This document shows positions 24,990-37,150 of a stretch of 64,000 nt of DNA, one piece after another (position 1 is the first letter of the stretch; every line of letters begins with the position of its first letter). This DNA is from Raillietiella orientalis (taxonomy: Eukaryota). The position numbers and the translations under genes were made by a program. Below the pieces are notes generated by a model. It was given only the letters and a program-made list of their open reading frames with translations. It did not search any database and was not told the DNA's origin. The stretch is from NCBI GenBank assembly GCA_036172245.1, contig JAYWIR010000044.1:310001-374000 (forward strand), in the 5' to 3' direction.

Positions 24990-25650
24990 AAAGAGATATA
25001 AACAAGCAAACGAAGATGGGTCCGGGGGTCCAAGAAAGGGAGGGAAGCAACCACGGGCCCGCAGGCTGGACGCCAAAAGCAGGGCGGAAAGAGTCGCTGG
25101 TGAGATGGGAGCCGATTTCAGGTACTCCGCAAGGCGACTCGGATAGGTTTGCTCCGAATCGAACGCACATATTCGAGTCTTTTTCGGTAAAGCGAATAAC
25201 CAGAGACACGGGGTCTCCCCTGGGGTCGAGGAGACCTCGACCTCTTCTCGAGCGCCTCGTTGGGCGAGAGGCGCGACTTGCTCGAACGCTGAAGCGCGGA
25301 CTGCCAGACCCCGCGAGAGGCGGAACTGACTCTGAGACGCTCCTCGGATCCCGTGCAAGGCACCGGTTGCCACGGACAGCAGTCGTAAGGTGCCAACAAT
25401 GGAAGAGAACATCGTCGTCGTCAACGTCTCGCCCACCGAGGCAACCGGCCCTGACGACGGGCGGCGCTCGGGCGTCGAGTCGGCACGTGACTGTCGGGAC
25501 AAGGTGTCTCCTGCCTTCCGGCGCCCCGGGCGTCGGCGTCGTACGGGACAGGTCGCTCGGTTGCCGCGACCTCGAGCGTTGCGTTCCGGGGGTGCGTGAA
25601 CTCGCCGTAGCGGCACATCTTGGTGGTCCATCAGATCTGCACTCCCGAGG
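24990..25650 (-). mobile_element. Possible decayed L1/Tx1-like 3' fragment
   Basis: GC-rich; CCP..PCTGSEE (~CxxC..EE) and WLFALPKK (~LLALAK); weak match only. Confidence 0.3.
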
Positions 25651-25789
25651 CGCGAGACCTCAGGAAATCTGATGCAGGTTCAAAAATCACAGTACACCTT
25701 TCGGAGGGTTTGTAAGAAGAAGCTTCTGGCAATTCTGCAATCGTACCCTGCCCAGCACGATCCCGAAAGATGATCGAACAATAAGTATA

Positions 25790-26940
25790 TGTGTTTATTA
25801 TGTACAGCAAAGGAATTAACAATTCTTGGTGTGCATATTAATACATAAATTCATTTATATTACAAAGATTGCAAAAAATAAATTTATGTGCCTGTTATGT
25901 GTATTAATGTATACAATTAAATATAAATATACAGATCTGTTTTAACGCAGATATGATTATTTATAACATTATTTGAGCATATATTTATTCATATTTATTA
26001 ACATACATTTTATTGACATAATATACAACACGTTTTGATATATTATTAATACATACCTTAAAGATTATAAAAAAATAAATATACAAGCTTATTACATATC
26101 TTAATGCACGTATCTATATCAGATGTACTTTAACATGCATATTATTAATATTTATTTACATAGTAATATTAATATTAGTTTAGCACCCATATTTATAAAT
26201 GTTTATTCATGTTTATTCATTTACACATTATTGATGTTATTGATGATATTTGTTAATATTGTATTAATATATGTCACATAGATTAGTAAAAACAAATATA
26301 CATGATTATTTTGTATATCAATCTATATATAAATATATATAGATTGATATACAAATATATATACACATGTTTGTTAATACATCAAGTCTCGTGCTGAACC
26401 ATATATATATATATGTATGTATATATTAGCATACATTTTTATTGATATTTGTTAACACACTTATATCGATAATATAATAAACATATATGCTTATTATATG
26501 TATTAATATGCATTTATACATAATAAATATAGATCAAATGAATGTATAAATACCAAATTATGAAAAATGAAGAATAATGTGATAATTGAAAATAATGGGA
26601 AAAAATAGGAAGGCAAAAAGGAAATTTGGTATTTCCTTTTCCTGTCACTTCCAACAATCGGTGCGTGCAGCTCTGTCAGGAAATGGTGGATTCCATTTTG
26701 GGGGATTTTGATCGTTTCGAAAATATATATGTTTACGACTCGATGTTTATACATTCCTTTAACATTAATTTATTCTATGTGTAAATGTAGGTAACAAACA
26801 CATATACATTTTATAATCGTTTATGCAAACATTAATGATATAGACTGATACATATTATTCATTGATTTAACAAATGTATGTGTTAAAATAAATTCGTATA
26901 TTTATCTGTATAGAAATATACACCATATGCTATATGTTTA
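25790..26940. repeat. Very AT-rich, TA/CA/TG-rich low-complexity zone
   Basis: Abrupt compositional shift with a GC-normal island at ~26640-26720; lies inside the PLE relic. Confidence 0.8.
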
Positions 26941-27079
26941 TTTTCATGATCATCGTACTGAAATTTACTTATGCCGTCGAAGAGGAAGGGTCCATGCCCT
27001 GAGGTAATAAGCCCAATATCATCGACGCAATCTTCGCCTTCAAGTGTGTGAAGCTCTTCAGCTACGGGCTGAGAGGGTA

Positions 27080-27210
27080 GGAAGGAGGAACGAGCCACGT
27101 GGTTCCTGAAGGAAGGAGGAACGAGCCACGTGGTTCCTGTTGGAAGGAGGAACGAGCCACGTGGTTCCTGTTGGAAAGAGGAACGAGCCACGTGGCTCCT
27201 GTGGAAAGAG
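27080..27210. repeat. 31-bp minisatellite, ~4 copies
   Basis: Unit ggaaggaggaacgagccacgtggttcctgtt starting at 27080, 27111, 27142 and 27173; near-palindromic core gagccacgtggttc. Confidence 0.95.
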
Positions 27211-28309
27211 TCCAGAGTCACCCTTCGAGGGTGCAAAAGTGAAGCGCGGTTGAGTCCAGTGTCACTCGACCGCTTCAGTTTCCCGCCCCTGCTTCGAGCA
27301 GAAGGGCAACGTATCATTCGTGGTGGCTGAAGCGGTAGGTTCCAGAGGCAACCGTTGCTAATTCTTCCACGGCCTCCGTTCGGTGCAGGAAACTGTGGAT
27401 GTGGGATGACGACGCCTTGCTAAATTACTTCTTGCAGTCCTTGAGCGGTTCGTTCCATACCCAGCCACCGTTATTCCCGTTTCTAAAGGGTCATTTCAAG
27501 AAAATCAGAAACATCCACATCTCCATTCACAATGTCGTCACACCAAGGGTCATGGATACCGTCTGTTGCGTCGCTCCAGGCGACGACGGTCGCCATCGAA
27601 GGCAGTCGGCACTGATGAACAGAGATCGCTCCGTACCTAAAGTACGGTGTTGGCGACGGCCCAGCGGGAAATCGCCACTTACGTACCACAAGACCGTGAT
27701 GTGGGCGGTGCGCCACTGCCGATGGAGGGCAAGTTAGATCTTAGCTGATCTTCTGCCGAAGCGACAAGAGTTCTGTTCCCGAAAGCGTGGTACCCACGGG
27801 GGCTTTTGGTAGATTTTCCTCTCCCGAGACTCACTCCCGCGAACTGAGGAGGAATGGACGGAGAAGTCAGCATCCGAGATCATCTGTGGAGGTGATGAAG
27901 ATGAGCAGGAAAAAAAAATTCCAAGTTCTGCGTCGCTGCTTCCCTTCCAGTTTTCCATTTTTACTTTTTCCCGTTTTTGTTTTTGGTTTGCAGGGTACTG
28001 AAGAAACTTTTTTTTCCAAGCTCGCCCCGTTCATTATCCACGTCTGAACCCGCTCCTGTTTCCAGGCACTACAGTTCCGTGGGAGAGAAAAAGACCCAGT
28101 TGTGGTCCTGCGCCAAAGCAACCATCCGCCCAAGCTGATACTGCACGAGGGCAGTGTTTGGTGGTTGCAGATAGCACTGCGGGGATCTGGGCTCCTCCTT
28201 CACCTTCATTCCTCTATTCTTCCTCCACCCCCTCCTCCATTCCTCCTCCTTCAGACCGGCAGTTCTCTTGGACGCACCAATGGGCTTCGCCGCTAGGGCT
28301 GTTTTTTTT

Positions 28310-28555
28310 TTTTTTTGTTTTTTCTAGTTTTCTAAGTACTCAAGAACCGTTCGCCTAGGGGCCTACGGAGCTCTTTAACACCATCCACGCCAATCGAGGG
28401 CGCGTGTGACTCTTCAAGTTATGGGGGGTACCCCGGGAAGGGCCGGACCGTATGAATCCAAGAAGGCTCCGAAGGAAGGAGTCCGTTCCTCTTTCACTCT
28501 TGGTAGGGAACCTTATCCCTCTTAAGCTTGGTGCCCCCTTTCTTGGAGATAGGGG
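28310..28555 (-). mobile_element. Family A (copy 3, 3' part only)
   Basis: Reverse complement reads gaggaacggactcc..ccttcttggattcata..taacttgaagagtcacacgc..gttaaagagc..ttcttgagtac, matching the copy 2 tail. Confidence 0.75.
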
Positions 28556-28569
28556 CTCAAACTCGTTGA

Positions 28570-29790
28570 CTCTGTGGTCTCACAAGAAGGACAGCAAGGA
28601 ATCGCTCCTGCCATCGGAGAGAGCACTATTCTTCGTGCGCTTTTGTCCTTTCCTCAGCCTTGTGACCACACCCTGGTGTGCTCACAAGAATCGAGAAACC
28701 AAAGCACACAAAGGAATGAGGCGTAGCAGCAGCACCGAACCCCTGGCTGGAGGAAGCCGCAGGACTCTCTTGGCGAGAGTCGCAGGGAGGCCGAGATGCG
28801 CAAGCATCCGGCCTTCGGGTTGGTTTGGTCCGCGAGCTCTCCGCAGCTCCCTTTTTTTTTTTTTTCATCATCCGTGGGCCAAGAGGCACGCTTGTTCGTC
28901 CTCCCTATGCATCCAAGGCAGCGCTCCATGCTGCGTCCTTGGAAACGCTGACGTTCTCGCGAGCAACTGCCCGGTTTCCAAGGTCCCTTCATCTACATAT
29001 CACCTGAGGATCTGGAGCCCCGTCCTGGAAACCACTGTAATCGGTAATGAGATCCCTCCAGAGTTCGGGCATCTTGGTCGCTATGCACGCGCGGGTCCGC
29101 GCTTTTCTCTGACCTCCCGAAGAGGACTTCGGCTCTGTTCTTTCTAATTCAGCAGTCGCTCTGTCGCAGATAGGCCATCTGGATTTTGGTACTGATAGCC
29201 CGCGATGCTCATTCTTGCGTCGGTTCTTTATGCGTGTTCCACGGCAATGCCGGAAACGCAGGGGCAGCATTTGCGCTTCCGTTCTAAGAGCCCATTTTCA
29301 GACGCTCTCTTGGATGTCCCTCGGGAACGCTCGTTCGTATCCCGGAGCCCGCGAAGGTTTCCTGTTGGCACCCGGGTGCTACAGTGTCGTCGTCCTTACC
29401 TCATCATCTTCTTCCTGGGAAGCAGCGCGCTGGAGACGAGCGATGATCCCAGCGGTCGGGGCGCGATGAGTGCTCCAAATCCCGGAAGCGTTTCTCCTCC
29501 TCTTCCTGCCCTGCACATCTTTAGGGAGGTTCACCGTATCGGGGCACCCAAAATTCGTAGCTGGGAAACGAAGCGTGGCGTCGTCGTGGACGCACGCACG
29601 AAGCGCTCTTTCTGGAGCAGCAGCCGGCAACTGCGAAAAGGCGACGTTCCCGCGCGACGCGCGCACCGCCGTGCGCGGGGTGTTTCCTACACCACGGGAA
29701 GGTCGGCTGCTCAATCTTCGCCGATCTTTACGGGAAGCGTCGAGACTTCCGTTTAGCCTGTGGTCGCGTCTGCTTGGGGTCGGCACTCAT
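28570..29790 (-). mobile_element. L1/Tx1-clade fragment (diverged)
   Basis: AADLPVV-ETPRARR matches WADLPVVCASPAARR at ~21290; EQACLLAHG (~AFLVLHW). Confidence 0.55.
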
Positions 29791-29994
29791 GAACTTGGAA
29801 AAATAAAAAAAAGAAAATTCCAGGATTCGACTCCCGATGCATCTGGTGGCCATGGTGCAGGAGGGTGGATGCTAGCCAGAAAGTCTTCAGAGTGGGTGCT
29901 TTTTTTCCCAGGGGCAGAAGAAAGAGATTGGTTGAAGATTCAGTGCAGGGGGACAGAACCGTCTGTCCGCCGTCTGCATCCACTTTCACAACGG

Positions 29995-30165
29995 GAGGAG
30001 GAGCACCCTGAAAGGCTCCTGGATTCCTGGAAGAACCCCGGAGGGGCTACTTCCAATCGCGGCCACTCAACGCGTGGCACCGTGGGGATTCCGGCTGCCG
30101 TCAGCGCCGCACCCGAACAGACCAACCAGAGTCATCTTGCGGGCGGAACTCGAAACTCGTCTTAA
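29995..30165 (-). mobile_element. Family A (copy 4, internal fragment)
   Basis: Reverse complement cgcgttgagtggccgcgattggaag..ttccaggaatccaggagcc matches 43646-43706. Confidence 0.7.
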
Positions 30166-30539
30166 TCGTTGAGCTATTGGTCTTAATAGGACAATGGGAA
30201 GGGACAACGCACTGCCGCAAGCAATTTATTGTACTGCAGCGCCCGTCGGGCCGTTTGCATGGACACATCGGGACACGCTTGCGTCGGTGTGTACTGTGGA
30301 AGACAAATGCGTTTCGGATAACTCCTCGGGAGGCTTACTTTGGACTTGTGTCAAGTGGACACAGCCGCTCGGGAAATTCCTGTCATCGAAGGATTGTGTT
30401 TTTTTTTTTTTGGTTTTTTTTTTTTTTTGGGTTTTTGCAAAATCTAGTCTCGTGCTAAGCTAAAAAAAAGAGCTAGGGCGTGGCGGTGCCAACACCGCTT
30501 CGCAAGTGGGGGAAAGAAGCCACGGAAGGCCGTCGCATT

Positions 30540-30917
30540 TCATGAAAGAGTCGCTCTTTCCAGAGAATCTTCCAGGACACATCTGTGGCTGACGAGGTCA
30601 GTCCTCCCTCTGGCGGTATTGATGTGCAGGCGGCAAGTCATGTCTTCGTCTTGGCCAGGACAGTCGAAATCGACCTGCATCCTGGTCACAGAAGGCGTAT
30701 GCACCCAGTTTTCGATTTCCTTCAGGTTGCACTTCTGGACAGCCGGAGGGAGGGACCTCAAGACACTTTCTACCAGCCTCACAGCAGCCTTGTATATTTT
30801 CGGTTCATCCTTCAAGGAGTAGCTGTCATCGTCTTCACCCTGGAAAGACCAAAGCAGGCCATGCATGTCCACTCCATATTCACAAACAAATAGCATAGCG
30901 TGAGACATTGGATCCAT
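30540..30917 (-). CDS. Uninterrupted orphan ORF or terminal exon, possibly cystatin-like fold
   Basis: 125-codon open frame among decayed repeats; acceptor-like tttggtctttccag precedes GEDDD (exon would start ~30840); helix then four Cys, last pair spaced like a cystatin C-terminal disulfide; no QxVxG. Confidence 0.4.
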   Translation of the reverse strand: MDPMSHAMLFVCEYGVDMHGLLWSFQGEDDDSYSLKDEPKIYKAAVRLVESVLRSLPPAVQKCNLKEIENWVHTPSVTRMQVDFDCPGQDEDMTCRLHINTARGRTDLVSHRCVLEDSLERATLS

Positions 30918-30996
30918 CCATGGCTAAGAGTAAACGTCCGAACACAAACATGAATACAGTCGCATTTCTAGAGTAATGAGGGAGCATACGTAAGCT

Positions 30997-31120
30997 AGAA
31001 GAGCATAACTGTAAAAGACTATAGGGGAGAATAACTGTAGGAGACCATGACTGTAGGAGACCATGATTATAGAAGGTCAAAACTGTAGAAGACCATGACT
31101 GTAAAAGAGCATAGCTGTAG
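30997..31120. repeat. Degenerate 16-bp minisatellite
   Basis: About 7 units resembling agaagaccatgactgt. Confidence 0.8.
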
Positions 31121-31139
31121 ATAGTTCGGACTAGTTCAT

Positions 31140-31520
31140 TTCCTAAGCCAGAAAAACGGGTTACCAGCCGTGAAGGTTTCCTCTTCCCTGTTGTAGGGAC
31201 TCTTATGAATTTTGTTCTATAAAGCTACGCCGTCATCAGGGCGTGGCAGGTATAGCGCATCTGAAAAGAGGATGGGACGAAACCACGCTTCCAGGAAAAA
31301 TTTGCAGGACCCTTGAAGACGAGGCTTGCTGCTCTTCTAAGGTAGCGCAGCATCCAGGAAGTGTTCATTTATCTTGCTTCCATCCTCTCCACGTGGGAAA
31401 CGGTGAAACGGCTGACCGTCCCGGAAGATTCAGTTTTTCCAGCCTGCGGGCTCATTTTGCTTCAGCATCCACTTGAGACGGGAACGAGCTCGTCGCAGCT
31501 CCACGGTAACGAACGACGAT
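31140..31520 (-). mobile_element. Penelope-like RT fragment
   Basis: LKWMLKQN..IFRDGQ, WMLRYL (~WxRY), MRYTC-DDGVA (~IxFTxE..GxxxFLD), GKRKPS (~YRKPT). Confidence 0.5.
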
Positions 31521-31554
31521 TTCTCGCTCTCGCTCTCAGCGTTTTCTCGCCTAT

Positions 31555-32209
31555 CTTTTTGCAGTCCCGAAAAACCGTTCCCCTTGGGGCACACGAAGCT
31601 CTTCAACACTATACACGCCGCCCGAGAATGCGTGTCAACTACTCAAGCTAGGGAGTACTCCGGGAGGCGACCACTCTATGAATTTTGGAATGTTCCAGGG
31701 AAATGAGTCCGTTCCACTGGCGCACTCCCGAAGGGACCCTCTAAAGATGTGCGCCTCTCGTTTCTTCTCTGAAGGGAACCCAGGAAGGAACCGCTCCTTA
31801 TTCCTCTAAGGGGAACGCCGGAGAGACGCTTCCATTCCTTCTGGAGGTCGCTCCCCGAAGGGCGCAGCGCGCTTCTTGCACTCTGGAGAGGCAATCTCCC
31901 TAGGGTGGTATCAACCAGTTCCATGGTACGACTCCATTTGCACAACCGGATGGGAACCCGAAGGGAACCGGCTCCGTGATTCCTGGAAAGAATCCGATCC
32001 CGAATCAGTCAACGGGCGCATTCCGTTTCTGGGTTCTACCAATGCCGTCCCCAAAGCCTATGAGGCCAACCGGTGTCATCCTCCGGAAGTGGGGGACTTG
32101 AAACCATGACGCACCCATTTCCCGATCCTCTCCCAGGAGGGACTCGAACCCACAACTCTTGGTGCCACGCGCGGAAACTGCAGCCACTCAGCCGCCAACG
32201 CGACGGCCC
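31555..32209 (-). mobile_element. Family A (copy 5)
   Basis: Best-preserved head: box A-like tggcggctgagtgg and box B gggttcgagtccc; cccTTCGggg hairpins at ~31853-31862 and ~31725-31735; shared tail. Confidence 0.85.
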
Positions 32210-32699
32210 TTGGAGTGACAGTATTTACTTTCAGGGAGGTTCCTGTCGTTGCGCAACATCTTCCGGAAAGCAAGGAAACGAACTGTCATTTACAAAAAGA
32301 GAGGCTAGAGGGCAGGGATAGCATGCAGAGTTTCTCAAGGAAATAAGGAAACGAAAAGCCTTAAGATGAGCATTCCAGGAAGCTGAGCAGGGGGGGTGCC
32401 TAACGATGGATAAGCAGGAGGTTTCCTCTCCCATAGAAGAGACCGTGAAACAAATTCGCAGTTGTGGAAAGTGTTCGGGTGAGCCGTGCTGTGTGTGCCA
32501 AAGGGCAGCAACGTGAAAGCGCGAAGAATTCGAATCCACCGCACAATCCGTCGCTCACTGTGGTTTCTTAAGCGAGCTCGCCGTGCGCTTCCGGTTTTTT
32601 TCTGTCTGCATTTCCTTCGCAGGCCGAGGTAAGTCTTCCTTCGCTTCCCGAAGCCCTGCTTCGAAAGGGATCGCTGGCAGCTGTGAGCACTAGAGAGGT

Positions 32700-34400
32700 C
32701 GAAAGAAGTCGCTTTGGGAGCATGGCTGAAGAGCTTCTTTTACAGAAAAGGCGGGACATGCTGACCTGTTGTCCAAGAACTTGACTACAGAAGTAATCAA
32801 GTGAAAAACGTTGGATAAGAAAAAAAGGAATGAAGGAGAAAGCGTTGCTTTTGTCATCGGAAAAGCATCTGAGTCGATCCCGTGGCTACGGAACCGGGAG
32901 ATGCGAAGACACGACAACTCCCTAGCGACAAGGCACTGAACGTGAGCGACGAAAGGGCTCCAGGAATGATGCCATAAAGGCATTTCGTCCGAGGAAGGCA
33001 TCCGTCTAATGGAGCCGGGAAAGCAATGCACGATGTCTCCGCGGTTCGAGTCTCGGCGGACTCTGGCTGCTGCATCCGGGACGCGTCTCTCTAGCTACGA
33101 GAGAGAAGCTACCCCTGTAGCCAACCTTTCCCGGGAAATCATCAAGGAATGCACCCCCTCTCCTCTCCTCGTCCTTCCCAAAGCTACGACATTGTAACTG
33201 CAACGCTCTTGCTTTCATGGCAACCGACGGTAACAACGCAGCAGAGAGGTGCAGACCTACCAGAGTCAACATGAGCGACGGTTCTCAGTCTCCGGCCTGC
33301 GTGTCTTTGAGACCTCGCATTTCGGACCGGCTACTCTGTAGGCATTCAGGTGAAGACTTAGCAAAGAGAGAAGACCTTTTCTACCTGACCCCAAGCTTCG
33401 AGAGACCTACGAACTGTTCGCGTGAAAGAAAGCACACTTGCAGCGATTTTGGACAGTCAAGCGGCACTCTAAGGAGCATCAAATTCGGAAGAAAAATTCT
33501 TACTGATTTTGCAGAGACTTGTCCGGCATGAAATGACGAGGACATCAGAAGCAAGGAGAAAACGAAACAGTTTCGTCCCATCCTCTTTCCAGATGCGCTA
33601 TACCTGCCACGCCCTGATGACGGCGTAGCTTTATAGAACAAACTGCGAAACTAATCAAGTGGAGCACGCCGGACGGAATCCATGATGACTCATCCGCTCG
33701 TGTCTTGACTGCCAACTCTCTGAGTCCTTTGAGCGCTCGCCACGGGTTCGCGCGTGCCAACGAGAAAGCCAAGCGGCTTTCCATCGCGGTCTCCTTTTGC
33801 CGTGACTTCAGCTTGATATCGCGGGGTCAGCTAGAGTCACAAGGCGCAAGCGAGGACCACGGGTGTGGCCTTCGAGAGGGGGAACCGGAGGGTACCCGCG
33901 CAGCGATTCTTTTCCGAGGATTACCGATTGCTCCTCGGCAACCCATCCAGGGTGCATGCCGTGTTGCCCTTCCTCCTCTTCATTTTCTGCGCGTGATCCC
34001 CACTTTGGAAACGGAGGATTTGCAAAGATGGAAAAGGTGGACAGAGAAGGAAAATTACATTTACATCAAGACCTCGCCGCCATCATCTCATTTTTCCGTC
34101 ACTGAGGAAATGAGACATTTGCATCTTGCATTTCATTCGGGTTTTGTTTACATTCTCCTATTATTGGATGCGAAAGCAATTTGCATGCTAAAGTCCCTAA
34201 CCTTCCAGTCCGAGTCATCCGTCTCTGCGCGCGTCGAAAGTGGACACTCCCACAGCATTCTGAACCTGAGCTTTTTCGCACTTCTCAAAGGAGTGGCCAT
34301 CGACGCTTCAGCCGCAGTGGTCTCTTGGTTTGCCAAGGACATTCATCTGATTCCACTTCCAGCTCAGCATCCAGGAATGGTCATTGCCTCTTGGAAACCA
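32700..34400 (+). mobile_element. Decayed Penelope-like element (RT plus GIY-YIG relic)
   Basis: SPRFE, ATPVANLSREI (~SPTxxLSxxI), FMATD, SLSPLSARHGFARANEKAKRLS (~SxHPxxxKxGxxx..RAKR), SGFVYI..GCE (GIY-YIG, ~34137-34173). Confidence 0.55.
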
Positions 34401-34834
34401 GATTGTTCCTCGGCTGGTTCAGATTCCCCAGAGCCATTTAGATCGGTCGTCTTCGCTTCAAGGACTTGCGTGAGAAACGTCCCGTGAGGTCCTCCGGATG
34501 GGATGACGGAGGTCACCAAGGTAACGCACAAGGAACCACTCGTTTTCAGTCCGACGTGCTGCCTGACCTTCGCTTCCGCGTTCTCCCGCGTTTCAGAGGG
34601 TAGGAGCTGTCTGGTGGAAGGTGGTTTCAGAGGGTACACTGTCTGGCAGCAGCAGCATCCGGGTGCTTTGCAAATGCTTGAACGCACGTGTGTTGGAGTT
34701 CTCCTGCTGCGGAGACCTCACCCGTGGTTTCCAGGAACCTCAGAGTGTCAGTCAAGCGCAAGAAGTGTAAGTTCGTTGTCGCTTTCCGGGTCAGCTTTGG
34801 AGCACACTGCGAGCTTCAAGTCCACGTGAGGTTT

Positions 34835-35765
34835 GTCACCTGGATTTGCCGGAGCATTTATTATAAAAAATTGCAATTAAAGTGGTTATTTACATTGATG
34901 TGGTAGAGCAGTGGTTCTACCGCGCGTCAAGGACTTGCGAAAAACCGGTAAGCAGACCGATGAGGTCCGATCCAGCAGCGAAGGGGGAGGGAAAATCACA
35001 AGAAAAAAACCAACAAAAAGGAGAGAAGAAAGGGGTGGGGGAATGCTTCTTGGGGAGGGGATGGCGGGGTAGGGATCACCCGTTATCCGCCGTGAGACGT
35101 CCTCTGCATCCTGTTCAGGATGCTGACAAGTTCTGTTTTTTTTTGCCCCATGTGGTGTCATCAGGAAGCGATCTCCAAGAAGATTCCTAACCAATGGATG
35201 GCATCCCTGCTATTGTGGCCTCTTCTTCTGGCGTTCCAGCTTGTCACGATTCCGCGTACACAGCAGAGAACTGCTAGAGATGCAGCTGGCGGCAGGGCGT
35301 CACGCATTAAAAGGTGCCGGGAAATGTTCTTAGGGTCGCCTACCGGGATTTTTAGGATCAAGGAGAGTCGATTCCAAAGGGCTCGGAGGCCGACACACTC
35401 TATTAATAGGTGTGGGAAGGTCTCTTTCTTTCTCTCTGCAACTTCCACAATTGGCATCTACACTCCCAAGTGTCCAATGATGGAGGCGTCCTTTGCATGG
35501 GATTCCCCGATGCAACACCAGCAACGCCACCCTGGGAAACTATTCCCCTGCGGAAGCGTGGTCTAGCTGCCTCGAAAAGGCCGAGAGAGCGATCGGCCCG
35601 TTCCTGGATGGCAAGTTTTTCTTGCCGGAACGGGCCGTGGTGTGGAACACGTTCGTGGCCCCCCTTTTTCGCCCCTTGCATTTTGTTTGCCCTCCACCCT
35701 GAGGTGTCAGAAAACGGACGAAGGACCTCCTCAGAATCGCCCTTTGGGGCAGAGGTAGGCCCCGA
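34835..35765 (-). mobile_element. L1/Tx1-clade 3' fragment
   Basis: LLVLHRGIPC..DANCGSC-ETFPHLLIEC, RDALPPAASLAVLCC; 3' ataataaatgctccggc..ccaggtga. Confidence 0.85.
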
Positions 35766-35767
35766 GT

Positions 35768-37150
35768 CCGTTTGAAGGACTTATGTGCCCCTGGTCGCGA
35801 TGGAGGCCTCGGCCTCCTCACGCTGGAGCGGCTGGAACTGCAGCTGCAGTTCAGGACTCTAGCCCTAGTAGCGAAGCTATGGGGCACCAGCTGGTGCGAG
35901 CCTGCACGACGCCTGGTTCAGCGAGCTAGCGGCTGCGCGGGACTGTCTACCTTCCTAGCGCGCCGCAAACGCCGGTACCTGTTCCACTGCGGACTGGCAC
36001 TTCGGCGAGTGGCGAAGCTGACCAGAACGAACACCTGGATCTCCTGCCGGCCCGCGAACGGTACGTCCTGGCTGCAGGAAAGCCTTCGCACGTGGGCCCA
36101 GATCGAGGAAGCGAGCCCGGAGTTGCGGCAGCGAATGCTGCTCTCCTATCACAAGAGCCGCTCGCTGCAGGACATCATTGTGCAGCCCACCTTGAGCGCA
36201 TGGGCTGAGAGGACCTCCCTTGCCACGGCTCTGTTTCACCTCAGGGAGCACCTGGGCAGTAGCCAGCCGGCGAAATGGGAAGTCCAGTATCTCTGGAAGA
36301 GAGAGAGAGCAAGGTGGTTGGACCACGGGCCAGTTGACAGACGCTGCGACCCCAAGTGCCCCACCGAAAAGACTATTGCGCTGGGGAGAGCTGCTGAGCA
36401 TCCACATGGATGTTCTCGATTGGCCCCCGGTGCTGAAGACTACCCGGGCCCTCCCCCTGAAGTGGCAGGAGTCGGCGTTCCTGGTGTTGCACTGGGGACT
36501 CCCCAGCAACGCCCGCCGTTCGCACTGGACGAGGGGGGCTGTGGACCCAAATTGTGTCAGGTGCGGGGAACGGGAAACCCTCCCGCACCTGCTTCTTGAC
36601 TGTGTTGCCCTCCGGCCTCTGTGGTTGCGTTTCGCAACGGCCCTAGGAGCACCCACGATCAACCCTAGAGACGTTCTGACGCGCCTCTTTGTGCGTGACG
36701 CCCTTCGGCCTGCCGCAGCCCTTGCAGCCCTCTGCTGCCTACGAGAGATTGTGGCGGCCTGGAGCACCGCCACTGGTGGACTGAACGACAGGGACATCAT
36801 CTGCTCCGCCCTACGTTTCCTAAGGACGGCAGCCAGATGGTCCCATTTGGGGCATATGCGGACCGAACTTGCCGGCATCCTGGAAAGGATGTAGAGGACG
36901 ACTCCAGCGGAATGTGATCCCTTCCCCAACTCCTCCCTGCTTTTGTAAATAGTGTTTTCTTTTTGTTTTTATTTGTCCTTTCCCCCCCCGCTGCCGAGTC
37001 GAACTCGCCAGCCTGCGTGCTTGCTACTCGGCAATTTCAGACTCTTTATTAGAACATTTTTTTTTTTTAGGACGCTGTAGGGGCAATAGCCCTACACTTG
37101 CTTGTTTGTTTTTTACTAAAAAATGAACGCCCCGGCGCACCCGGATGTAA
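35768..37150 (+). mobile_element. Best-preserved L1/Tx1-clade ORF2 C-terminal fragment plus 3' UTR
   Basis: ORFs 35772-36599 and 36220-36894 joined by one frameshift: KDLCAP..GGLGL, then zf-RVT-like LHWGLP..CVRCGERETLPHLLLDC; stop at 36894; no RT core. Confidence 0.9.

Larger units (their letters stand above)
25690..28130 (-). mobile_element. Decayed Penelope-like element containing an AT-rich zone and a minisatellite
   Basis: SPTEL*CLETG (N-term, ~28055-28090), PYFRYGAISVHQ (~PxFYGLPKxHK), VARSSFLPSQPVAEE (motif B'), CVDDIGLI (~YVDDI, ~27005-27030), DRAAR (~26665-26678), YDC-NC..QTLRK (GIY-YIG, ~25697-25746). Confidence 0.65.

Noticed and set aside
32135..32209. Functional tRNA gene
   Set aside because: Box A/B-like motifs are present but I could not fold a complete cloverleaf, and the copies diverge freely.
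31211..33642. TIR DNA transposon bounded by the 73-bp inverted repeat
   Set aside because: No TSD or transposase, and both arms are embedded in continuous PLE RT homology.
33610..33662. Hammerhead at CTGATGA...GCGAAAC
   Set aside because: Stems I and III do not pair next to the core, the site lies inside RT coding sequence, and the inverted copy lacks the GAAA half.
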